NCBI GenBank assembly: GCA_026195895.1
Contig: JAPHRO010000042.1
Location: forward strand, 19,086 to 83,085
Reading direction: 5' to 3'
Length of the DNA: 64,000 nucleotides
Origin: Gammaproteobacteria bacterium
Lineage (GTDB): Bacteria > Pseudomonadota > Gammaproteobacteria > SZUA-229
The stretch's first letter is position 1. Each line of letters opens with the position of its first letter. Under the pieces are notes generated by a model. It ran no database searches. It saw only the letters and a program-made list of their open reading frames with translations, and was not told the DNA's origin. This document shows, one piece after another, positions 33,624 through 42,381 of this stretch. Made by a program: the position numbers and the translations under genes.

Positions 33624-33737
33624 CAGATTGGTACAGGACGTACCGATATGAGCAATCAACTGCTCTAGTTTAGGGAAACTTCAATCACCTTGTCAGGGAA
33701 GATAGTAAAACCGGCCAATGGATGGCCGGTTTTTTTA
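33624..33737 (+). ncRNA. CsrA/RsmA-sequestering small RNA (RsmY/RsmZ/CsrB-like)
   Basis: Four GGA motifs in hairpin loops (GGTAC-AGGAC-GTACC, AGTTT-AGGG-AAACT, TGTC-AGGGAA-GATA, CCGGCCA-ATGGA-TGGCCGG), T-tract terminator, upstream GacA-like box. Confidence 0.72.
33707..33736. terminator. bidirectional intrinsic terminator
   Basis: AAAACCGGCCA-ATGGA-TGGCCGGTTTTTTT between the sRNA and the convergent protease gene. Confidence 0.85.
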
Positions 33738-33740
33738 TGC

Positions 33741-35765
33741 TTAGAAATCAATCATTCCAGTGGCTTTTCTCATGATAACAACCAGATCGCCTACATTAAA
33801 TTGACCATCAGGCGTGGGTACGCCGCTTATGAGTGGTGCGACATCTCCGTGAGCTAACTGTTCTGATGTGGGCGTCAGTTGACCACCAAGTATTTGCTGG
33901 GCAATAAGAATATCAACTACATTAACAATACCATCATTGTTAATGTCACCATCTGGCGAAACAGGAACAGAATTTAAATCTAGAGGATCACTGCCCGCAG
34001 CCACCTCTTCTCCATCATTGTAGCCATCACCATCTGTATCATAATTAAGTGAATCTGTTTCGCCTGCATCTACCACTCCATTCGCATTGATATCTTCTGC
34101 AATATCCAGCAGGCCATCATTGTCATCATCAGTATCGGCATTATTACCTGTACCGTCGTTATCAGTATCAGTGGTTTCTGTTGCATCTAATGGAAATGCA
34201 TCAGCAGCATTGGCTACGCCATCGCCATCTATATCATTATCACAAACATCACCTATTGCATCACCATCCAGATCTGCCTGATTAGCATTGAAAATGCTCG
34301 GGCAGTTATCCTGTACATCTGAAATAACATCACCATCAATATCTGATGCAATATGCCATGCTAAGGCATAATCCCACAGAAAATCACTCTGACCTGTTTT
34401 AGGTAGCACCTGGAGCAGATAATCCCTTCCAGCCGGTAATGATGTCCAGATATTTTCAGTATTATCAACGCTGCTTGTTGAGCTTATTAATAATGTTTGA
34501 CTGCCTGTTATGTCATACAGCATAAGATCAAGATCATAAATGGAAGAAGTACCATTAAAATTAAATTTATTTCCACCCGCAATATCAATATTCCAGGCCA
34601 GTGATGCTTTTAATATTTGTGGATTAGTACCCGTTGAGAAATAGTAGGAAGCAACATTATTGCTACCACTCGAACCACCAAATGAAGGATCATAGTCAAA
34701 TCCAAAGGTTCCAATGCTACCTGCACTAGAACCATCATCCTCGGCACTGTTTTGTTCACCGGCCGCTATGATGTGATAGCTATTATAAACATTAACCTGT
34801 CCCGCACCAAAACGCGCATCTAACCCGTTAGCAGTTTGATTTAGCTCTACTCGGTAATCAGTAATATTTGCCGTAGTACTGGTATTTTTTGTTAAACGAT
34901 CAGCCCCTGCAAGTAACGCAGCTTTTATAGTTTCTGACCTTTCTGCGTTGTAAATAGTATCGCCATTACGATTTGAAGTTGAACCATTTGAAAGACCAGG
35001 ATTAGAATGCCCTGTTTCTATTAATATTGCAGCTGTTGCAGCAACCACAGGTGTTGCATTACTTGTCCAGGCGAAAGGTGCAACGATCTCGGTACGTGTT
35101 CTGCCCGCAACATAAGTTGAATCGATCTGTGCAGAACCCGTGCTGTGTAAGCCATCAGTTTTTCCAACTGTCACCACATTATATGCAGCGCTTAGTAGAT
35201 TAGAATTTATTCCAGTACTATTTTTTGTACCCACAAACTGTAAAAATTCATCCGTTTCAATAACCCAGTCAAGTCTTCTTAAAATATCTGAGTCATAGCT
35301 CAAATTACCGGTAGCACCTACCCAGCTATGATTCCCAATACGACTTGTGGAAGATATTGGCTGCCAGGAAGACCCAAATCTCAAATAATCTGCCTGTAAC
35401 CAGTTATTTACTTCATAAACATAAATGTTGATAACTCCATTTGCCATGGCATAATTGCCATAAAAAGTCCCTCCTACACCAGTTGCATGTGCAGATGGCG
35501 CATCATTTAAATTGCTGACATTTGTGATTATTTTCCCAGTAAAACGTGTGTCAGTGATATCAGGAAAATATAAATATGGAGAACCGACAACACCATCGGT
35601 ATCTGCCTCAGCCTGACTAACAGTGACACTGTTACCATTGGGTAAATTTATACCTAATTCTGTTGCCAGTTTTGTGTGACCGATATCATCCTTATAGGCA
35701 TAGGAAAGACCGCTGTGGAGTAGCAATAAACAGCTAATGACAATGATACAAGCTCGATCAAACAT
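33741..35765 (-). CDS. secreted subtilase(S8)-like protein with TSP3-like Ca-binding repeats and C-terminal dockerin-like domain
   Basis: Signal peptide; SAHATGVG (His), WTSNATPVVAA (Ser), FGAGQVN; DxDGD/DNCP repeats; DGDINNDGIVNVVDI...GDVAP...DGQFNVGDL dockerin duplet. Confidence 0.72.
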   Translation of the reverse strand: MFDRACIIVISCLLLLHSGLSYAYKDDIGHTKLATELGINLPNGNSVTVSQAEADTDGVVGSPYLYFPDITDTRFTGKIITNVSNLNDAPSAHATGVGGTFYGNYAMANGVINIYVYEVNNWLQADYLRFGSSWQPISSTSRIGNHSWVGATGNLSYDSDILRRLDWVIETDEFLQFVGTKNSTGINSNLLSAAYNVVTVGKTDGLHSTGSAQIDSTYVAGRTRTEIVAPFAWTSNATPVVAATAAILIETGHSNPGLSNGSTSNRNGDTIYNAERSETIKAALLAGADRLTKNTSTTANITDYRVELNQTANGLDARFGAGQVNVYNSYHIIAAGEQNSAEDDGSSAGSIGTFGFDYDPSFGGSSGSNNVASYYFSTGTNPQILKASLAWNIDIAGGNKFNFNGTSSIYDLDLMLYDITGSQTLLISSTSSVDNTENIWTSLPAGRDYLLQVLPKTGQSDFLWDYALAWHIASDIDGDVISDVQDNCPSIFNANQADLDGDAIGDVCDNDIDGDGVANAADAFPLDATETTDTDNDGTGNNADTDDDNDGLLDIAEDINANGVVDAGETDSLNYDTDGDGYNDGEEVAAGSDPLDLNSVPVSPDGDINNDGIVNVVDILIAQQILGGQLTPTSEQLAHGDVAPLISGVPTPDGQFNVGDLVVIMRKATGMIDF

Positions 35766-35821
35766 ATTAAAATAACTTTTTATAATTTAGATTGTCTATA
35801 CGACTAAAATCATTCAATGCA

Positions 35822-36445
35822 TTAATATCTTACTTTTAATCTACGTCGGCTCATTGAAAATAACCCCAGCAATCCAGAACCGAATAACCACACAGAAGCT
35901 GGCACAGGTACCGCACTAACCTGCATAGTCATCTCTACAGTCATTCCCTGATATGGACCTGCAGTTTGCATCGAATCCCAAACAAGCTCATAACTCCATT
36001 CATCCAGGCTTGTTACCGTGGCATTGCCGCCAATACTATACTCACCTATATAATCATCTCTTGAATTCCAGTTGGCAAACATTGATGTCATATCTGCTGT
36101 CATGGTATTCAAATCAATACCTGGTGCACTTAATCCTGTTAAACGATCTATCTCACCATCTTTTCCCGATGGCGCAAAATACGTATAAAGATCAATATCT
36201 AAATATTGAAATAATTCAATACCAGCATTAGTAGCCAAACTGTCCGTGCCTATTGCACTGGCACTCCCATCAAACACACCATCAGTAAAAGTACCATTAC
36301 CACCAAACACAACGGGCACACCATCATTTGGACTACCTCCAGTAGGTTCAACTACATTCATTGTCCCCCCAAGCACGCTCCATGTCGCAGCATTAGAGAT
36401 AGGAGTAATTATTATTAATACAAACATAAATATTATTTTTATCAT
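35822..36445 (-). CDS. VPLPA-CTERM (PEP-CTERM variant) surface protein
   Basis: Signal peptide; C-terminus AVPVPASVWLFGSGLLGLFSMSRRR. Confidence 0.88.
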   Translation of the reverse strand: MIKIIFMFVLIIITPISNAATWSVLGGTMNVVEPTGGSPNDGVPVVFGGNGTFTDGVFDGSASAIGTDSLATNAGIELFQYLDIDLYTYFAPSGKDGEIDRLTGLSAPGIDLNTMTADMTSMFANWNSRDDYIGEYSIGGNATVTSLDEWSYELVWDSMQTAGPYQGMTVEMTMQVSAVPVPASVWLFGSGLLGLFSMSRRRLKVRY

Positions 36446-36518
36446 TTTTTATTCCTTTTTTGTTCGCGGTTTATTTTAAATTAATTTATTATTTGCTTTC
36501 TTCTGCTGCCTAATCAAA

Positions 36519-37421
36519 TTACTGAAAATACTCCATGATTGGTGTTAATACTATTTCACTGCCATTGACATCATAGATAGTCGAACTAAGCAATGTAAGA
36601 TTAGGCGAGGAACTCAAGCCTCGTGGATGGAGCACATAAATTTTTAAATAAGTATGATCAACCCCCTGTGGCGCAACAACATCAATAAACAGTTGATCCC
36701 CATTCTGGCGCCAGTAAACCATACGCTGTGTTTTACCAAATGCTCCTGTATTTGAGACTGAACCTCGTACTGTTGATTCTGGAACATAAATATTAATATC
36801 GTCTGGATTTAAAACAGTCTGATCAAAATCAATAACAAGCGAAGCGGCTCCAATCTCAATTCCATCATCAATGCCAAAGCTGATTTTAGCATGGGGTGCC
36901 GGTTCTAATTTTGTAAAATCTAATGCCAAATCAAGTGTTAGTGATTTACGCCAAAAGCTATCGTCAACACCAACACCAGGAATTATTTCCAGATTAATTT
37001 TATATGGTGCAGCAATACCTGAACTATCGTCATTCTTAGCGGGATCAACCGTCAAGTATGCACTTCCTGCAGGAACATTAGCGGGTATATCGACAACCAA
37101 AACAGTCTGCACAGGCTCATGCCCATTAAACCATGAAAAATAACTATCTATATAACGTGAATAATGTGTACCTTCAGCACGACCGTCAGCGCGTAGATTA
37201 AATACAGAACGCACCAAACCCAATGCCTGTAAATCCCATTCCGTTTCGTTAATATCTGTTAGAGTAACAAGCGTCGTTTCTTTACGAGCATTCTCAGACC
37301 CCCCAATCATTGCTGAAACCGTATCACCAGCACGCGCTACGGTTGGGAAAGTATTAACACCCGCACAGCCCTGTAATATCATTATGAGCATCACACCCAA
37401 AGCTGAAATAAACTTTATCAT
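36519..37421 (-). CDS. lipoprotein of unknown function, beta-rich, possible cohesin-like C-terminal domain
   Basis: Lipobox LQGC; C-half IGAASLVIDFDQTVL...LTLLSSTIYDVNG resembles cohesin strands (inference). Confidence 0.6.
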   Translation of the reverse strand: MIKFISALGVMLIMILQGCAGVNTFPTVARAGDTVSAMIGGSENARKETTLVTLTDINETEWDLQALGLVRSVFNLRADGRAEGTHYSRYIDSYFSWFNGHEPVQTVLVVDIPANVPAGSAYLTVDPAKNDDSSGIAAPYKINLEIIPGVGVDDSFWRKSLTLDLALDFTKLEPAPHAKISFGIDDGIEIGAASLVIDFDQTVLNPDDINIYVPESTVRGSVSNTGAFGKTQRMVYWRQNGDQLFIDVVAPQGVDHTYLKIYVLHPRGLSSSPNLTLLSSTIYDVNGSEIVLTPIMEYFQ

Positions 37422-37566
37422 TATAAATCCTCGACTTTACCTGGCGCAGCAATCGCTAAATATGTGACAAATGAAAAACATATCATTAGGAAGTATTTAA
37501 ATGCATTTTGGTACACGTGCTGATTCTTGAACAAAAAAAGCTTCATAAATTCAATCTAATTACAAT

Positions 37567-37582
37567 TGCAAAATTCATACCC
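37567..37582 (-). promoter_or_regulatory. sigma54 promoter of lipoprotein / VPLPA-CTERM / protease operon
   Basis: Minus strand GGGTATGAATTTTGCA (GG-N10-GC); IHF-like TATCAATCAGTTG at 37602-37614; enhancer-like AGT-N11-ACA at 37646-37662. Confidence 0.65.
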
Positions 37583-37679
37583 ATATGAGGTTATCTATAG
37601 TTATCAATCAGTTGGATAATAAGCTATTAATACCCATGCCATAAAAGTAAATAGTTTCGACAACAATAAGGTATTGCAT

Positions 37680-37710
37680 AAAAAAGGACAGCATATAGCT
37701 GTCCTTTTTT
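37680..37710. terminator. intrinsic terminator
   Basis: AAAAAAGGACAGC-ATATA-GCTGTCCTTTTTT. Confidence 0.88.
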
Positions 37711-37732
37711 ATACTTATTAATCAAATATTAT

Positions 37733-39148
37733 TTAATTAAGCTTTTTTCTTCTTGCTGCTCCAATTAAGCCTATCAATCCAGATCCGAACAACCAAACTG
37801 CCGCAGGTACAGGCACTGCACTAAGATCCTGAACAACTACACCTTCAAGGTTGACAAAATCACCATCAGTATTAAATGCGGATGCAGGAATACCCGACAT
37901 ATCACCATATTCAGTAAAATCAATTGCGTCAATTATGCGTAACCCATCGGCACGTAATATAAACCCATAACCTGAAAAAGCATTATTATGCAGCACAACA
38001 TTCTCCATCACCTCACCCGTTCTCGTATCGATTGCTTCAACAAAATCACCATTAGCATCATAAATCGCTTCTATATAGATTTCGTCAGCTGCATTAAATA
38101 CTTCGTCAATATTTTCCTGATGAGAAACAGTCAATGTAGAAGCATCGTATGTAGATGTATCTAAAAGACGAACAAAGACTCTACCTGGCACTGAACCGCC
38201 CCCCATAAAGGAGACCTGGTTATAGAAATCCTCATCAACCCCTGCTCCACCGACTTCATTCAGGCCCGTCGCAGGATTTACTGCGCCCGCTGTAGGATTG
38301 GTATTATTTACAACTGCATCAGCAGTGTAAGTATAGGTGGAACCATCTGGAAACTCAGTTTCAATAGTTAAGGAACCATAACTGCGCATCTGAAAATCAG
38401 GAACAATCTGCAGCGCCCCTTCACCTGGGGTGCCATCGCCTTCAAGACCCACCCTGCCCATATATGATTCAAAAGCAAAATCAAACTGAACCTGCCCGGC
38501 CATTGCCTCCAGCGCACCTGGATTGCTTGCAGTTACTGAACCACACCAGCCAGTCGCATCTGATAAGGCATACGGTTTAAATTGAATCGCCGTATCATAA
38601 GTACCATCGTCAACAAAGCGAGGATAACCAGCGGTTTCTGGGTCTGGGTCGGGATTGTTTAGATCCATCGTATATTCAAACGTACGATAGTATTCAAATG
38701 ACATGTCTTCTCGCCTAACCAGATAATCACCATCATAATCAATTTGCATATTATTGAACGTGGAGCCAGCAACAGTTGTATAAGCCTTATCATAAAAATT
38801 AACCTGTGAGTCCATACTCGCATCAGTATAAATTTCAGGATAACCATTACTAAATGTATAACCTGCATCAGGCGTTAAGCCATCTGGCCCGGTAGTTACA
38901 ACATGCTGAATTTGGCCTACACCACCGGTAGGATCAAGAGTATTTCCTTCAGCCAGACCACCAAAACCATTAACTGAACCGAAGTCCATTGCGGTACGAC
39001 CATCTGGACCAGCATAACCCCAGTCATCAAAAGTTGCGGTACCATTAGTGATAGACGTCACCCATACTTCGGCATTTGCTGCACCATTTGCTGATAACGC
39101 CAATAAAATAGCAAATTGAATTTTTTTTATCTTATTTAATTTCATCAT
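37733..39148 (-). CDS. acidic VPLPA-CTERM surface protein
   Basis: Signal peptide (ANA); Asp/Gly/Thr-rich; C-terminus AVPVPAAVWLFGSGLIGLIGAARRKK. Confidence 0.88.
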   Translation of the reverse strand: MMKLNKIKKIQFAILLALSANGAANAEVWVTSITNGTATFDDWGYAGPDGRTAMDFGSVNGFGGLAEGNTLDPTGGVGQIQHVVTTGPDGLTPDAGYTFSNGYPEIYTDASMDSQVNFYDKAYTTVAGSTFNNMQIDYDGDYLVRREDMSFEYYRTFEYTMDLNNPDPDPETAGYPRFVDDGTYDTAIQFKPYALSDATGWCGSVTASNPGALEAMAGQVQFDFAFESYMGRVGLEGDGTPGEGALQIVPDFQMRSYGSLTIETEFPDGSTYTYTADAVVNNTNPTAGAVNPATGLNEVGGAGVDEDFYNQVSFMGGGSVPGRVFVRLLDTSTYDASTLTVSHQENIDEVFNAADEIYIEAIYDANGDFVEAIDTRTGEVMENVVLHNNAFSGYGFILRADGLRIIDAIDFTEYGDMSGIPASAFNTDGDFVNLEGVVVQDLSAVPVPAAVWLFGSGLIGLIGAARRKKLN

Positions 39149-39335
39149 TTTATATCTCTAATTAAGGCGGCCTGATATAACAACAAACTACTAAAAATTA
39201 TTCTGATTAACAATCTAGCTTAAACTAACAAATAAATATGTATCTAATATCACTTTAATATAAGCAATTTTTATAAAATATATTAAACACCTGCGCGTTA
39301 ATAAATTTATTTGGTTTACGAATACCAACTACTTA

Positions 39336-39365
39336 AAAAAGAAAAAGAAAAAGAAAAAGAAAAAG
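39336..39365. repeat. (AAAAAG)5 simple sequence repeat
   Basis: Five perfect hexamer copies. Confidence 0.85.
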
Positions 39366-39463
39366 AAATAAATTTTAAATTAAGTTTCACTAAGTATTAA
39401 TATATTTGTTTAAATAAGAAATCTTCCTTAATTAAAAAATATTTTTCTCTATTAAGTTTGCCT

Positions 39464-39497
39464 AAAAAAAAATGGGGACCAATGGCCCCCATTTTTT
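39464..39497 (-). terminator. intrinsic terminator after 229-aa VPLPA-CTERM gene
   Basis: A9-TGGGGACC-AAT-GGCCCCCA-T6 hairpin. Confidence 0.8.
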
Positions 39498-39522
39498 CTG
39501 GATTTTCTAACGAATTTCCAAA

Positions 39523-40212
39523 TTAAGCAGCTTTACGACGACGCGCAACACCTGCCAGGCCAATCAGGCCAGAACCGAACAACCATACTGCTGCTGGAAC
39601 AGGAACTGCAGCTACTACACCTTCAAGATGCAGACCATAGCCAAAGCCTGAGAAACCACCTGATGGTACGATCGCCTGGTAATCAAGAGTAAAAGTATCA
39701 CCTACAGCACAATCTACCGCACAAGTCAGAGTCGCGTTAGCGCCGGCACCCATATCGATAGGACCGTCTTCTCCAGCGGCTACGTCACCCCACCATACAG
39801 TCCAGCCAGACATGTCGATTGAAGCAGTGGCACCAGAAGCTGAAGCAATAGTCAGTCCATCAGCATCAGAAGTGTAGTGCTCACCTGGGTTACCACCAAA
39901 AGACCAAACCAGATCAACTTCACCGCGAGCTTGAGCTGAACCCAAAGTAATACCATTAGCAGCATTTGCGATAATTACACGCTCTTCTTGAGCTAAAGTG
40001 CCATCGCCATTTGTATCCATTACAAAGTAACTGCCACCTGCTGTAGTAGTCGCACCAAAAGTACAGGTAGGATAAGTACCACCAGCCTGACATGCGCCAA
40101 TACCGTCATCAAAGTTAAGAACTGCATCAGATGCCAGTGTTGCGTTTGCGTTGCTGCTTACACCAGCAGTTAAAGCCAGAGCCACAGCTGAGCCAAGAAA
40201 TTTTTTATTCAT
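39523..40212 (-). CDS. VPLPA-CTERM surface protein
   Basis: Signal peptide (NANA); C-terminus AVPVPAAVWLFGSGLIGLAGVARRRK. Confidence 0.9.
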   Translation of the reverse strand: MNKKFLGSAVALALTAGVSSNANATLASDAVLNFDDGIGACQAGGTYPTCTFGATTTAGGSYFVMDTNGDGTLAQEERVIIANAANGITLGSAQARGEVDLVWSFGGNPGEHYTSDADGLTIASASGATASIDMSGWTVWWGDVAAGEDGPIDMGAGANATLTCAVDCAVGDTFTLDYQAIVPSGGFSGFGYGLHLEGVVAAVPVPAAVWLFGSGLIGLAGVARRRKAA

Positions 40213-40284
40213 ATTTAAAGCACTCCAAAATATTCATTTTTAGTTTTGTAACAGAAACTGAATCTCTGTTAGTGCCAGAACAAA

Positions 40285-40300
40285 AGCAACGCCCGTGCCA
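40285..40300 (-). promoter_or_regulatory. sigma54 promoter
   Basis: Minus strand TGGCACGGGCGTTGCT, a perfect TGGCAC-N5-TTGCW. Confidence 0.88.
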
Positions 40301-40373
40301 TTTCTATTTTTATTTGTATTTTCAATGACTTATAAAATCGATCACATTTCCAGCCTGGTAAACACCATAAAAA

Positions 40374-40390
40374 TGTAAATCTTCCCGACA
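40374..40390. promoter_or_regulatory. PrsR-type enhancer box TGT-N11-ACA
   Basis: TGTAAATCTTCCCGACA; second copy TGTAAATAATACTGACA at 40563-40579. Confidence 0.7.
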
Positions 40391-40892
40391 AATACAGCAA
40401 TTAATCATTTTATATAGCATTTCCGATTAAAAACAATCACTTGGAAAGCTCTCTGAGGGTAATATATAAAATATTGAACAGCTGTTTTGTATATTACTGC
40501 ATACGATCTGGTCAATTTTTGGCCATTTTTATGAAAAACTTACACCAGGAAAAAGAAAATAGTGTAAATAATACTGACAAGCCATAATTAAATCGCATTC
40601 TACTGAGCCCACACCTTAATAATCGGGTACCAAGGCACCCCTTAATCACTGTCATTAGCTCACCCTGTGCAGAAAATTTACCTCCGGTGCATGATGATAA
40701 GATGGTAATCTGTCGGAAAATAAGCAGTGCTCTACGAAACTTGTATTCAGCTGAACAGGTAGACTAAATAGTTAGTCTAGATTAAATAACAAATTTACAA
40801 ATACACTCAATGAAACAATATTAGAACATTGTAATATCCGTTTGTTTTTTACATATTCCAAAATTTCCCTCTTAATTTATAAAGTTCCATTC

Positions 40893-40921
40893 TTGACAAT
40901 TAAAAATACTCTGCTCATGAT
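40893..40921 (+). promoter_or_regulatory. candidate sigma70 promoter of FadL-like operon
   Basis: TTGACA-N17-CATGAT. Confidence 0.5.
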
Positions 40922-41016
40922 ATCCGCGAAATTATATGTATAAATTAGAAGCGCTCCATTTCTTCATTTAACAATAATTAAAAATACATAATAAAATTCT
41001 CATGGGAGAAAAATAG

Positions 41017-42339
41017 ATGATAAACAAAAATTTAAAGCTGGTAACCGCCCTTGGGTGCGCACTTGGAATAGCCACGCCAGCATCAGTGTTTGCTACCAAC
41101 GGAATGTTCATGATCGGGTATGGAAATAAATCCCGGGGCATGGGTGGCGTTGGTATTACCATGACTCATGACACACTTGCCAGTGCCGCCAATCCAGCAA
41201 CCATGGCGTTTATTAAAGGGAATCAATTCGATATTGGCGGCGATATATTCAAGGCAAACGCAGAAGCTTCCCTGGGTGAAGATGGTGTTTATCTAGGACG
41301 CGTGACCGTTGAAAGCAAACCTGATCACATGGCGCTTGCTGATGGTCTCTATATGATGCCAAGTCTGGGAGCAAGCTGGAATAAAGGTGATTTAAGCTAT
41401 GGCTTTACCATGGTACCCGTGGGCGGCGGTGGCAGTCGCTATGAACCTAATATTTATAACTCTGTAATTACAGGTGCGCCTACCGATGAAAAAATGGGTG
41501 TCTCACTTATGGTAATGAACATTAATCCCACCATTGCCTATAAACTGGATGAGAATAACAGCGTTGGTGCCACACTAATCATCGGCGCACAAGTTTTTAA
41601 ATCCTATGGCCTTTCATATTTCCAGACATTTACCGAATCAGATTCGCCCGACCATCTAACCGACCAGGGTGCGGATATCGCCTACGGTGCGGGTATCCGT
41701 TTAGGCTGGATGGGCAAATTTATGGAAAATAAACTAAGCCTGGGTGCTGAATTCACCTCACAAACCTATATGAGTAAATTTGACGACTATAGTGAACTGT
41801 TTGCCGGTCAAGGTGAACTCAATACTCCCGGCAATATTGGCCTGGGTGCATCCTATCAATTTATGGACGATTTAACTGTGGCTTTAGATATCAACTACAT
41901 CATGTATGAAGATATTCCAGCTATTGCAAACCTTGGTCCCGGCCAGGGCACGGATGGTGCATTGTATATTACAGGACCAGAAACTAATCAGCTTGGTCTG
42001 GATGAAGGGCTCGGCTTTGGCTGGGGAAACCAGACTGTAATCAAACTGGGCGTTGTCTACGCATACGATACACGCTGGACATTACGTGGTGGCTGGAACT
42101 ATGCCAAAAGCCCGATTCATGAAGAACGGGACATCCTGTTCAGTATGGTTGCACCTGCCACTACCGAACATCACCTGACACTGGGCGCAACTTACCAATA
42201 TGACAAAGATATTGAGCTCAACTTCTCATATGGCCATGCTTTCGAAAATACACAATGGGGGCCCACTTATATTGGTGGCAGCGGTGAAATCTCCATGTCT
42301 ACAGATGCGCTCGGAGCAAGCTTGTCAATGAAATTTTGA
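41017..42339 (+). CDS. OmpP1/FadL-family outer membrane beta-barrel
   Basis: ATNG...G.G..SRGMGG, NPA motif, terminal Phe. Confidence 0.88.
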   Translation: MINKNLKLVTALGCALGIATPASVFATNGMFMIGYGNKSRGMGGVGITMTHDTLASAANPATMAFIKGNQFDIGGDIFKANAEASLGEDGVYLGRVTVESKPDHMALADGLYMMPSLGASWNKGDLSYGFTMVPVGGGGSRYEPNIYNSVITGAPTDEKMGVSLMVMNINPTIAYKLDENNSVGATLIIGAQVFKSYGLSYFQTFTESDSPDHLTDQGADIAYGAGIRLGWMGKFMENKLSLGAEFTSQTYMSKFDDYSELFAGQGELNTPGNIGLGASYQFMDDLTVALDINYIMYEDIPAIANLGPGQGTDGALYITGPETNQLGLDEGLGFGWGNQTVIKLGVVYAYDTRWTLRGGWNYAKSPIHEERDILFSMVAPATTEHHLTLGATYQYDKDIELNFSYGHAFENTQWGPTYIGGSGEISMSTDALGASLSMKF

Positions 42340-42381
42340 TTAGGTATTTAATCTAAAAGAATGAATTAAAGGTACATAGCG

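Noticed and set aside
33624-33737. Riboswitch
   Set aside because: It lies between convergent 3' ends with no downstream gene on its strand; loop-GGA motifs fit an Rsm-type sRNA better.
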